Of a stretch of DNA of 17,987 nucleotides, positions 1-7,928 are shown in pieces (position 1 is the stretch's first letter; every line of letters begins with the position of its first letter). Under the pieces are notes generated by a model. The model was given only the letters and a program-made list of their open reading frames with translations, searched no databases and was not told the origin of the DNA. Location: the NCBI GenBank assembly GCA_029858305.1, contig JAOUFI010000046.1, forward strand, positions 1 to 17,987, in the 5' to 3' direction. Source of the DNA: Candidatus Thorarchaeota archaeon. GTDB lineage: Archaea; Asgardarchaeota; Thorarchaeia; Thorarchaeales; Thorarchaeaceae. The translations under genes and the position numbers were made by a program.

Positions 1-1
1 C

Positions 2-127
2 TCCTGGGAGTACTGGGTCTGATGCCATTGATGCAGTTTGTGAATATGCCAGGAGGACATCCTGTCTAGTGGAAATAAACTCGCTTCCAACAATGTTTGA
101 TAGAATGTCAATGAGTTTCCTATCCAC
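2..127 (-). CDS. FAD-binding oxidoreductase (GlcD/FAD-linked oxidase family), N-terminal fragment running off the left edge
   Basis: Not in the ORF track. Manual translation from GTG at 127 gives MDRKLIDILSNIVGSEFISTRQDVLLAYSQTASMASDPVLPG, which aligns without gaps to the N-terminus of the neighbouring gene (MDRHIVEKIAAIVGDEFVSTREDILLTYSVSASTSYEPVMPG). It starts 3 nt after that gene's TAA. Confidence 0.85.
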   Translation of the reverse strand, partial: MDRKLIDILSNIVGSEFISTRQDVLLAYSQTASMASDPVLPG

Positions 128-130
128 TTC

Positions 131-1549
131 TTATCCCTCCGGGTCTATCAGGGGAATTTTCCCAGGATTCATAATATTGCCAGGATCGATTGCCTGCTTT
201 AAATCGCGTAGAAAATCAAAATATGGCTCCATCTCAGAAATCCCATCTACCCAGTACGGTGCAAGTTTGAACGGAACTGCGCCAGTCTTAAAGATACGCG
301 TTGAGAGTTCCTTATGTGCCGCTCGAACTCGATTTTCTTCTTCTTCATCTTGAGGATCGTAATATAGCTGGGGATAATAGTTGTATGACGCATGGTCTGA
401 CTGAAATCCAGCAGTATGTCCTAGAATGCCAAACTTATCGAAGACACTCCACAGTTCTTCAAGTGTTCTATGCCATTGTGATATTGTTTGGTGATGGTAG
501 AGGATGCGCCAGTGCCAACCGTGCACATATGATGACCTAACAAATTCTCGCATTCGGTCATTCCATTCATTCTGTGGGAGTTCGCGAACGCCTATGACAT
601 GCCCCCCGACTTGTTCGCAGATTTGTTTCGCAACCAGTATATCGCTCTCCAGCTGCTCCTCCCTTACTCTTCCAATGACGACTGATACGGTAATGGGGGG
701 CCAATCATGTTTGGGGACTCCATATTCCTCTCCAACCATGTCTAAGAAAAAGTCAAGAATTCGTCCTTCATATATTGCTATCCAAACCATACTGACATCA
801 TTTTCCTTGGCTTCGAGGATATATTTCTCAGCATCCTGAGGAGTTTGAAAGCCATAAGTGTTGAAGTCAAAATAATGCATTCTCTTGAAGATTTTGAGAG
901 ACACCTTTGTGATGATGCCAAACTCGCCCAGAGATCCAATGAAGAGTCCTGTTAGGTCTGGACCAAAGGCATATCGAAGGAATGGTCCTGGGGCGTTTGG
1001 ATTTGCTTCAGAACCAGTCTGAATCACCTCCCCATTAGGAAGTACGACCTCAAGACCCAAAACAAGCTCAGCGATGCATCCAAACCTGCTCGAGCCAAAA
1101 CCTGATCCATTGACTGCGACATTACCTGCGATTGATGCTGTAAGAGATGACCCTGGATACACAGGTACCCAAAGATCATGCTTATTCAGGTATTTATCAA
1201 GCGCTCCAAAATTTATTCCTGCACCTACAGAAACAGATCGTAAGTCTTGGTAGAGCTCAATGGTATCTAATCTTAGCAGGTCAATAACAAGACCCCCCTC
1301 AATAGGAATGACCTCTCCCTGAAGGCTCGAACCACCAGACCTAGGAGTTACAGGTATCTTGTACTCATTTGCAATTTTGATGACCTGCGATACCTGCTGA
1401 GTGTCTGCTGGTCTCACTATGGCACCAGGCATAACAGGTTCATAGCTCGTGGAGGCTGATACCGAGTAGGTGAGAAGAATATCTTCCCTTGTGGAAACGA
1501 ACTCATCTCCTACAATCGCAGCTATTTTTTCTACGATATGCCTGTCCAA
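131..1549 (-). CDS. FAD-binding oxidoreductase, VAO/PCMH fold (GlcD / D-lactate dehydrogenase-like)
   Basis: 472 aa. FAD_binding_4 features: AIVRP...PVTPRSGGSSLQG, GLEVVLPNGEV, GPDLTGLFIGSLGEFGIIT. C-terminal LKQAIDPGNIMNPGK. TTG start with GGAGGT upstream. Confidence 0.9.
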   Translation of the reverse strand: MDRHIVEKIAAIVGDEFVSTREDILLTYSVSASTSYEPVMPGAIVRPADTQQVSQVIKIANEYKIPVTPRSGGSSLQGEVIPIEGGLVIDLLRLDTIELYQDLRSVSVGAGINFGALDKYLNKHDLWVPVYPGSSLTASIAGNVAVNGSGFGSSRFGCIAELVLGLEVVLPNGEVIQTGSEANPNAPGPFLRYAFGPDLTGLFIGSLGEFGIITKVSLKIFKRMHYFDFNTYGFQTPQDAEKYILEAKENDVSMVWIAIYEGRILDFFLDMVGEEYGVPKHDWPPITVSVVIGRVREEQLESDILVAKQICEQVGGHVIGVRELPQNEWNDRMREFVRSSYVHGWHWRILYHHQTISQWHRTLEELWSVFDKFGILGHTAGFQSDHASYNYYPQLYYDPQDEEEENRVRAAHKELSTRIFKTGAVPFKLAPYWVDGISEMEPYFDFLRDLKQAIDPGNIMNPGKIPLIDPEG

Positions 1550-1575
1550 ATAGGGACCTCCGAGGAAACCACCTT

Positions 1576-1902
1576 TTAGAAGATATGTCTAATCTTCATG
1601 AGGTCTGATGCGGACCCCTTGACCTTGAGCTTCCTCTTTAGGAGTGCAGCCGCAGCACTCATCTCCTCAAGGAATAGCTTGCGAATTGTATCCTCGTCGC
1701 TCTCAATCTTCATATCTGGATTATCAATTCCTCCAGAGTTCACGAGTATAGTGTTGTCCTTTACTATGAAATGATATTCCCTGCCTTCCTTGAGCATCAA
1801 GAGTGCTGTTCGTTCCCAACCTTCAATTGCTTCCATGGTCTTCTCACGTTGGAGACCAATCGTAATCCTTTCGCGCATTAGTTCAAGTAGATCGTCTGTC
1901 AT
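1576..1902 (-). CDS. SCP2 sterol/lipid-binding domain protein
   Basis: 108 aa. The segment PDMKIESDEDTIRKLFLEEMSAAAALLKRKLKVKGSASDLMKI matches the SCP2 C-terminal pattern (pD..i..d...+..l......A...GKlKv.G...lmk). Confidence 0.8.
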   Translation of the reverse strand: MTDDLLELMRERITIGLQREKTMEAIEGWERTALLMLKEGREYHFIVKDNTILVNSGGIDNPDMKIESDEDTIRKLFLEEMSAAAALLKRKLKVKGSASDLMKIRHIF

Positions 1903-1940
1903 CGCAATTCACTTCGGATGACTGCCGCAATTCACAGCGA

Positions 1941-1955
1941 GATTAAACTGTTGTC
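1941..1955 (-). promoter_or_regulatory. Putative BRE/TATA promoter for the SCP2-FAD oxidase genes
   Basis: Minus strand reads GACAACAG-TTTAATC about 40 nt upstream of the SCP2 ATG. A near-identical ACAACAG-ATTTAAC lies upstream of kdgK. Confidence 0.4.
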
Positions 1956-2001
1956 CTCGCTTAGAAAATGGATTTAACCGAGCTAAAGTTGCGCAGTATG
2001 T

Positions 2002-2652
2002 CTATTTACGATGAGCCTTGACAATGTCCATGAACTTCCGAACATTCTCTGTGATTATTTCGTACTTCCCTTCTTTGATTGCCTTCTTATCAGTGATAGC
2101 TCCGCCTACACCGAGTGCGAATGCTCCTGCATCAATCATGGGACCAGCTGTTTCCAAATCTACACCACCTGTAGGGACAAGGGGAATGTGAGGCAACGGT
2201 CCCTTTATCGCTTTTAGATACTCAGCTCCACCAACATTTCCACAGGGAAATACCTTTACAGCATCTGCACCGAATGTATATGCCTCATAGATCTCAGTTG
2301 GAGTTAGGGCTCCTGGGATAATTGGTTTCGAATGCTTAAGCACAGTTTCGATAAGCTCTTGAGAGTAATTGGGACTTACAATGAAGTCGCTCCCAGCCTT
2401 GATAGCCTCAATTGCCATCTTTCCATTTACTACTGTACCTGTACCAATCAGAACCTTGTTCCCAAATTGCTCAACCAATTGCTTCACAACATCAATGGCT
2501 CCAGGTACGCTCATAGTGATCTCGATTATATTAACGCCACCCGCGAGAAATGCGTCTGCTACCCTGAAAGCGACGTCCGCAGACTCAACACGGATTATGG
2601 GAATTAACCCAGTATCATGAATTTGCTTCATTGCCTTTTCTCTATTCCACAA
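2002..2652 (-). CDS. eda: Bifunctional KDPG / 4-hydroxy-2-oxoglutarate aldolase
   Basis: Motifs IPIIR, IIEITM, IGTGTV, FIVSP, PGALTPTEI, AVKVFP (Schiff-base Lys), PTGGV, GVGG. Start reassigned to TTG at 2652, 7 nt after a GAGGTGA RBS that contains the kdgK stop. The ORF-track extension to 2733 overlaps kdgK. Confidence 0.92.
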   Translation of the reverse strand: MWNREKAMKQIHDTGLIPIIRVESADVAFRVADAFLAGGVNIIEITMSVPGAIDVVKQLVEQFGNKVLIGTGTVVNGKMAIEAIKAGSDFIVSPNYSQELIETVLKHSKPIIPGALTPTEIYEAYTFGADAVKVFPCGNVGGAEYLKAIKGPLPHIPLVPTGGVDLETAGPMIDAGAFALGVGGAITDKKAIKEGKYEIITENVRKFMDIVKAHRK

Positions 2653-2659
2653 TTTGATA

Positions 2660-3655
2660 TCACCTCTCGATTCGGAGACTTCTCTCTCTTCCCTTGAGCA
2701 TCTTCTCCACCTCGTCCTTGTAAATGAACGCAAGATCTCCTGGAACTGAGTGCTTCAATGCTGAGAATGCTGATCCAAAATCTACAGCCTTTTGAAGATC
2801 CTTAAGCACAAGATATCCATAGATGAATCCTGCACTGCACGAGTCTCCTCCACCCAGTCTATCTACTATCTCCACATCATAGGTTGGGCTCCTGAAAATC
2901 TTTCCATCCGAAAAGGCAAATACCGACCATTTATTGAACCAAACCGAAGGGGTCTCACGCAAAGTGATTACCACGACTTCAAATCCGAATTTGTCAACTA
3001 ATTTTTGCGCCACCTCTTCGTAGTCCTTGCCTTCGATGCCATAGACAACTTTCGTATCTTCCTCTGTTGTGATAAGGATGTCAATGTATTCCGATGCGGG
3101 TTCAGTGAAAGCTTGAGCCTCTTTTGGAGTCCATAATTTGCTCCTATAATTCACATCATAGGAAACTTTGCAACCTTGCTTTTTGGCAATCTTCAATACC
3201 TCTATAGTCGCCTCTGAGCAGCTTTGGCTTAGTGCTGGCGTTATCCCGCTAGTATGAAAGAGTTTCGTACCCTTGAGGATGGTTGTCCAATTCACTTCTC
3301 CCGGTCTAATCTTACTGATTGCAGATTCTTTTCTATCATAGATTACTCTGTTCGTTCTTGGCGCTGCACCAAATTCCACATAGTAGACTCCACAACGGTC
3401 TTCTGGATCCCAAAGAATATGTGAAGTATCAACTCCATGCTCTCGGGCTTTGTTTCTTATGAAATGACCAATTGAGTTATCACCCAGTTTTGTCACATAT
3501 GCCGATTTTAGACCAAGTCGTGCGCATGCCACTGCAACATTCATTTCTGCTCCGCCAGCGTGAGCATCAAAGCTATGTGTCTGTTCAAAGCGCATAAAAT
3601 TAGGGGGTGAAAGTCTGAGCATCACTTCACCAAAAGTGACTACGTCATAAGTCAT
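2660..3655 (-). CDS. kdgK: 2-keto-3-deoxygluconate kinase (PfkB family)
   Basis: Motifs VVTFGEVMLRLSP, GGAEMNVA, GVYYVEFGAAPR, YDRKESA, HTSGITPALS, SYDVNYRSKLW, IVDRLGGGDS, ALKHSVPGD are typical of the KdgK subgroup. Adjacent to eda. ATG at 3655 follows GGAG (ORF track starts at 3670). Confidence 0.9.
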   Translation of the reverse strand: MTYDVVTFGEVMLRLSPPNFMRFEQTHSFDAHAGGAEMNVAVACARLGLKSAYVTKLGDNSIGHFIRNKAREHGVDTSHILWDPEDRCGVYYVEFGAAPRTNRVIYDRKESAISKIRPGEVNWTTILKGTKLFHTSGITPALSQSCSEATIEVLKIAKKQGCKVSYDVNYRSKLWTPKEAQAFTEPASEYIDILITTEEDTKVVYGIEGKDYEEVAQKLVDKFGFEVVVITLRETPSVWFNKWSVFAFSDGKIFRSPTYDVEIVDRLGGGDSCSAGFIYGYLVLKDLQKAVDFGSAFSALKHSVPGDLAFIYKDEVEKMLKGRERSLRIER

Positions 3656-3703
3656 CAGAAACAACTCCAAGTCGTTTAATATGATTTAGATGATGATGTT
3701 AAT

Positions 3704-3717
3704 GTTAAATCTGTTGT
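3704..3717 (-). promoter_or_regulatory. Putative internal BRE/TATA promoter upstream of kdgK
   Basis: Minus strand ACAACAGATTTAAC in the AT-rich GRE-kdgK spacer, about 50 nt upstream of the ATG. Confidence 0.35.
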
Positions 3718-3732
3718 AAGATACCATACTCG

Positions 3733-6084
3733 TTATGCGCTATGACTTGAGAACTCTGTTCTCGCTATCACCTCATCTTGAACAAATGGGTCAAGTTCTA
3801 TGAAATACGCACTATATCCTGCGACTCTCACAATGAGGTCTCGATGTTTCAGAGGATTCACCTTTGCATCTTCGAGTATTTCACGCGATACAACATTGAA
3901 TTGAACATGGAATCCTCCCAATTGGAAATATGCATCTATCATTCCCAAGAACTTCTCACGCCGCGATGTTGTATTAAAGAAGTCAGGAGTAAATTTCATG
4001 TTGTAGAGAGTTCCGTTGTAACAGAGTCTGTGATCAAGTCGAGCTACTGATTTCATTGCAGCAGTTGGACCATGTGTGTCTCGATTCTGTGTGGGAGATA
4101 CTCCATCCGAGAGCATGTAGCCAGCCTTTCGTCCATCAGGAGTTGCCCCTAGAACCTCTCCCTGTGGGATATACATAGAAACTGAAAAAAGCGCTCCATG
4201 ATATGGACCATTTCTTGTGGTCATTCTACTTTGAATCGACTTGCAAAACGCTCTTCCTGTGTCACGAGCTAGATAATCCACCTTTTCAATATCATTACCA
4301 TACTTGTCAGGATCATTCTCGAATCGTACGCGAAGTTCTTCGTGGTTTTCATAGTTATTCGCTATGATGCTGAGGATTTGATCCATAGACATCTCTTTAT
4401 GTTCGAATACATATTTTCTAAGGATTTCAAGAGAATCTGCCACAATGGCAACTCCAACCCCCATTATGCCGCCACTATTATAGACAGCACCACCCTCTTG
4501 CATTGTAAAACCTGAGTCAATACATCCTTCAAGTAAGGATGAAATAAATGGTGTCGGTTTATGTTTAGATAAAACATCTGCAGCTAATCTATCTGCTCGA
4601 GTTAACAAATCAATTGCGTAGTCGATCTGTTCTTCATATGCCTTCCAGAGTTGATCAAAGTGTGCGAAAGTTCTTGGATCTCCAGTTTCTTTCCCAACTA
4701 GTTCTCTGGTCTTTGGATCTCTTCCATTATTCAGTGTTATCTCCAGAATTTTCGGTAAATTCACATAGCCTATGTTTGGTCTAGGATCTGCTTTTCCACC
4801 AATAATGGGTTCAACACAGCCAAGTATCGCGTAATCATAGGCTTCAGCTTCGTCAGTTCCCTTATCGACCATTATTGGGATAATCGTTTCATCATTGAAC
4901 AATCCTGGCATCCCGAGCCCCTTTGAAATAACATCGACAACCATGAGCTTTAGGTGTTTGGGCGTCTTTTTATGCCATCTAAAGGAGACCGTAGGTTGTG
5001 TCATTCTTATGTTTGCAGTTGTTTCAAGAATCAGTTCTGTTAACTCATTACTTGCATCATTGCCCTGTTTGTCTTGACCACCTACAGTAAGATTCTGGAA
5101 CATAGGATGTCCGGCAAATGCCACACTATAGTACTCATTTCTCAATTTTATGAGTGAGGTGAATTTCACCCACAACATCTCAAGCAATTCAAGAGCATAT
5201 GCCTTGTTTATCTTTCCACCTTTCATGTCATTATGGAAGTACGGATACAAGTATTGATCGAATCTACCTGTGGACATAGAATGCCCATTGGATTCAGTCT
5301 GGACAAGGAGGTGAATAAACCAAAAAGCCTGTAAAGCCTCGTGGAATGATCCGGCTGGTTGTGCAGGGACTTTCGCACAAATCCTTGAGATTTCAGCTAA
5401 CTCTTCCTTTCTCTTCTCATTCTTTTCTTTGTTAGCCAATTCCTGTGCAAGGAGAGAGAACCTGTTTGCAAATCGAATGACAGCTTCTAATTCAATTCTT
5501 ACAGCCCTATAGAATTGGACTTTCTTCTCATCCTGTTTGCTCTTCTTTTCATGAATACTAATCTGAGAGAGAATATGGTTTAATCCCTTATTGATGACCA
5601 ATGGGTAATCCACAATAACATGTCCTATTCCAGTACCAGGAGCTCCTATTGTAAACAGTCCTGCCTTGGATGCCCTCACAGATTCCATAGGCATGACTTT
5701 TGCCGCAATCTCTGCAGTGCTCTTACCACTCCAGAACTCGAAGACCCGACTTAGATTCTCTTTATCCTTCTTGCTAAGAAAGAATCTTTCAGTTCTCCGT
5801 TTACTGAATCTGTCTAGCTCATCATTTATCCAAGCCCAACTATATTCTGGAAATATCTGGCATGATCGAGGTGTTGGTCCCATATTCCCGACAATTAGTT
5901 CCTCTGGCTCAATCCTTATGGTCATTCTATCAAGCACATGAGCGAAAGCTCCTGCCAAGCGGATTATCGTGGGCTCAGACCAATGTTTGCGAACATAATC
6001 CGTGAAAAGGACTGCTCTCTCTGAGGAAATGGTTGGTTCTGATTCAAGCATTCGTTGTTTCATTCTCAATGTCCGAGCTGTCAT
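3733..6084 (-). CDS. Glycyl radical enzyme (PFL2 / glycerol-propanediol dehydratase-like eliminase class)
   Basis: About 783-791 aa. Gly-radical loop LIVRVAGYSAYF (RVAGY at 3814-3828), single-Cys loop GCVEP (4807-4821), ESNGHSMSTGRFDQY, ATPDGRKAG, HVQFNVV. Probable start MTART at 6084 (ORF track: 6108). Confidence 0.93.
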   Translation of the reverse strand: MTARTLRMKQRMLESEPTISSERAVLFTDYVRKHWSEPTIIRLAGAFAHVLDRMTIRIEPEELIVGNMGPTPRSCQIFPEYSWAWINDELDRFSKRRTERFFLSKKDKENLSRVFEFWSGKSTAEIAAKVMPMESVRASKAGLFTIGAPGTGIGHVIVDYPLVINKGLNHILSQISIHEKKSKQDEKKVQFYRAVRIELEAVIRFANRFSLLAQELANKEKNEKRKEELAEISRICAKVPAQPAGSFHEALQAFWFIHLLVQTESNGHSMSTGRFDQYLYPYFHNDMKGGKINKAYALELLEMLWVKFTSLIKLRNEYYSVAFAGHPMFQNLTVGGQDKQGNDASNELTELILETTANIRMTQPTVSFRWHKKTPKHLKLMVVDVISKGLGMPGLFNDETIIPIMVDKGTDEAEAYDYAILGCVEPIIGGKADPRPNIGYVNLPKILEITLNNGRDPKTRELVGKETGDPRTFAHFDQLWKAYEEQIDYAIDLLTRADRLAADVLSKHKPTPFISSLLEGCIDSGFTMQEGGAVYNSGGIMGVGVAIVADSLEILRKYVFEHKEMSMDQILSIIANNYENHEELRVRFENDPDKYGNDIEKVDYLARDTGRAFCKSIQSRMTTRNGPYHGALFSVSMYIPQGEVLGATPDGRKAGYMLSDGVSPTQNRDTHGPTAAMKSVARLDHRLCYNGTLYNMKFTPDFFNTTSRREKFLGMIDAYFQLGGFHVQFNVVSREILEDAKVNPLKHRDLIVRVAGYSAYFIELDPFVQDEVIARTEFSSHSA

Positions 6085-6132
6085 CCTAAAACATATCATC
6101 CCTTTCATTGATTACTCTTATCATACAGGATT

Positions 6133-7299
6133 TCACAGCAGTTTTGGAAGATAACTATCCAACCTGCTAAGAGCTTCCTCAATTCTCTGCGTTGAAACAG
6201 CGTAGCAGAGTCTAAGGAATCCTTCTCCAAATTTACCAAATGCAGAACCATGAACTGTCACGACACTCGTATCCTTGAGGATTTTGAGAACAAGGTCATA
6301 GGATTTCATTCCATAAGCCGAAACATCTGGAAAGACATAGAATGCACCCCCTGGCGGTTCTAGCTCAACTCCTTCGATTGCATTCAATCCCTTGGTTATT
6401 ATCTCACGTCGTTTCTTGAAAGTCTGAAGCATATCTTCCACACAGTCTTGTGGTCCTGATACTGCAGCTTGAGCAGCTTTCTGTGATATCGTTGTGGGCA
6501 TAGCAATGATATGTTCTTGAAGTTTTGTCATCGCGCCTATAATCTCTCTCGGACCAACACATGCTCCTATGCGCCAACCTGTCATTGCATATGTCTTGCT
6601 GAGCGAGAAGAGTGATACTGTGCGCTCCTTCATTCCTGGTAGAGACCCGATAAAGAGTGGTTTTTCTGTATCATACCTGAACTTTTCATACGCCTCATCT
6701 GAAAGAACGTAGATATCATGCTCGATACAAACATCAGCAATTCTCTTCAATTCCCTATTTGGGATGATTCCCCCAGTCGGATTGTTTGGAGAATTTAGAA
6801 CTAGCATTTTGGTCTTGTCTGTTATGACCTGCTCTAGCTCCTCTGCAGTAAAACCAAATCTATTCTCTTTTTTCAATTGGATGGGTACAGGTATGCCTTG
6901 TGCTAGCTTGATATGTGCATAATGACTGACAAAACCAGGATCTGGATAAATCACTTCATCCCCTGGATTGATGACGACCATATTTGCTAGAACAAGAGCG
7001 CCCATGCCACCAGCAGTGCACATAATTTCCGTGACAGGATCAGAATCAATTCCATTATCCCGTTTTATCTTCTGGGCCAGGGCTTCTCGAACTTCAATTA
7101 ATCCAGCATTGTGAGTATACCGTGTATATCCATCATCAATTGCTTGCTTCGCAGCTTCCTTGATATGTTGAGGTGTATCAAAGTCTGGGATTCCAACTGT
7201 CATATCAAAGACATCTGTTCTGCCTATGACCATGTTGTAGATCTTGCGAATCTCGCTTCCTGGAACGTATGCATTTCTGTCTGCTAGCAATTGTACCAC
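6133..7299 (-). CDS. PLP-dependent aminotransferase class I/II (aspartate aminotransferase-like)
   Basis: Motifs GIPDFDTP, YTHNAG, LNSPNNPTG, VLSDEAYE, SLSKTYAMTGWRIG (PLP Lys), PGGAFYVF, GFLRLCYA. GTG start. Confidence 0.93.
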   Translation of the reverse strand: MVQLLADRNAYVPGSEIRKIYNMVIGRTDVFDMTVGIPDFDTPQHIKEAAKQAIDDGYTRYTHNAGLIEVREALAQKIKRDNGIDSDPVTEIMCTAGGMGALVLANMVVINPGDEVIYPDPGFVSHYAHIKLAQGIPVPIQLKKENRFGFTAEELEQVITDKTKMLVLNSPNNPTGGIIPNRELKRIADVCIEHDIYVLSDEAYEKFRYDTEKPLFIGSLPGMKERTVSLFSLSKTYAMTGWRIGACVGPREIIGAMTKLQEHIIAMPTTISQKAAQAAVSGPQDCVEDMLQTFKKRREIITKGLNAIEGVELEPPGGAFYVFPDVSAYGMKSYDLVLKILKDTSVVTVHGSAFGKFGEGFLRLCYAVSTQRIEEALSRLDSYLPKLL

Positions 7300-7325
7300 C
7301 TTGGATGAAGCAGCAGTGCGTTTTC

Positions 7326-7400
7326 AGGTTTATATAACCTCTCGAATGGACACATCTCTTAAAGTCGATTCTAATTTGAGTACAGAGGAGTTTTAATATA
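7326..7400. promoter_or_regulatory. Divergent archaeal promoter region
   Basis: AGGTTTATATAACCT (7326-7340) contains a minus-strand TTATATAAA about 30 nt upstream of the aminotransferase GTG. TTTTAATATA (7391-7400) lies upstream of the plus-strand gene. Confidence 0.55.
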
Positions 7401-7443
7401 GGCAACTCCAGAAGAATCAATAATCCATCAGGAGATGCAGAAG

Positions 7444-7917
7444 ATGTCACGACCCAGCGCTGATGAAGTGAGAAATAGTTCTATGCAGACGCTTGCTGAC
7501 ACCCATGTTGTTTATGTAGAAACTGTACGTCGATCTTTCGGTACTGAAGGACTCAAATCTATAGGCGATGCAAACAGAGTACATGGGCGGAACCTCGGCG
7601 AATCTGCAATAAAAGCAGGGAATCTTCGCAGGGGAGACTTGCGCTCTATCTTTGAGTTCTTTGATGCGGCTCATCCTTATTTCGGATTCGATCTAGAAGT
7701 GGAACACATCAGTGACAAAGAGCTGAATTTGAAAGTAACATCATGTCCTTGGATTGATTCTTTCAGAGCCAGAGGCGCGGGCGAAGACATTTGCACGTGG
7801 GTCACATTGATCGACGAAGGAATTGGTCAAGCAGTAGACGCTGAAGTAAAATTAACAATTCCTAAGTGTATGATGCGGGGTGATGACTACTGCATTTATC
7901 GATGGGCGAAAGAATAG
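7444..7917 (+). CDS. L-2-amino-thiazoline-4-carboxylate hydrolase-like / V4R-fold small-ligand-binding protein
   Basis: Pattern V..CPW...x10..IC...D.G....x12..CMMRGDDYC.YRW is typical of this Cys-rich family. ATG at 7444 follows GGAG (ORF track: 7435). Confidence 0.7.
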   Translation: MSRPSADEVRNSSMQTLADTHVVYVETVRRSFGTEGLKSIGDANRVHGRNLGESAIKAGNLRRGDLRSIFEFFDAAHPYFGFDLEVEHISDKELNLKVTSCPWIDSFRARGAGEDICTWVTLIDEGIGQAVDAEVKLTIPKCMMRGDDYCIYRWAKE

Positions 7918-7928
7918 GGGCAGATTAT

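Noticed and set aside
2653-2733. N-terminal extension of eda in the ORF track (MRSFTRTRW...)
   Set aside because: It overlaps the kdgK 3' end and has no aldolase similarity; the TTG at 2652 has a good GAGGTGA RBS.
3733-6108. Calling the GRE pyruvate formate-lyase (pflB) or choline TMA-lyase (cutC)
   Set aside because: It has a single Cys in GCVEP rather than the PFL Cys-Cys pair. It lacks the long CutC N-terminus and any microcompartment context, so the substrate is left unassigned.
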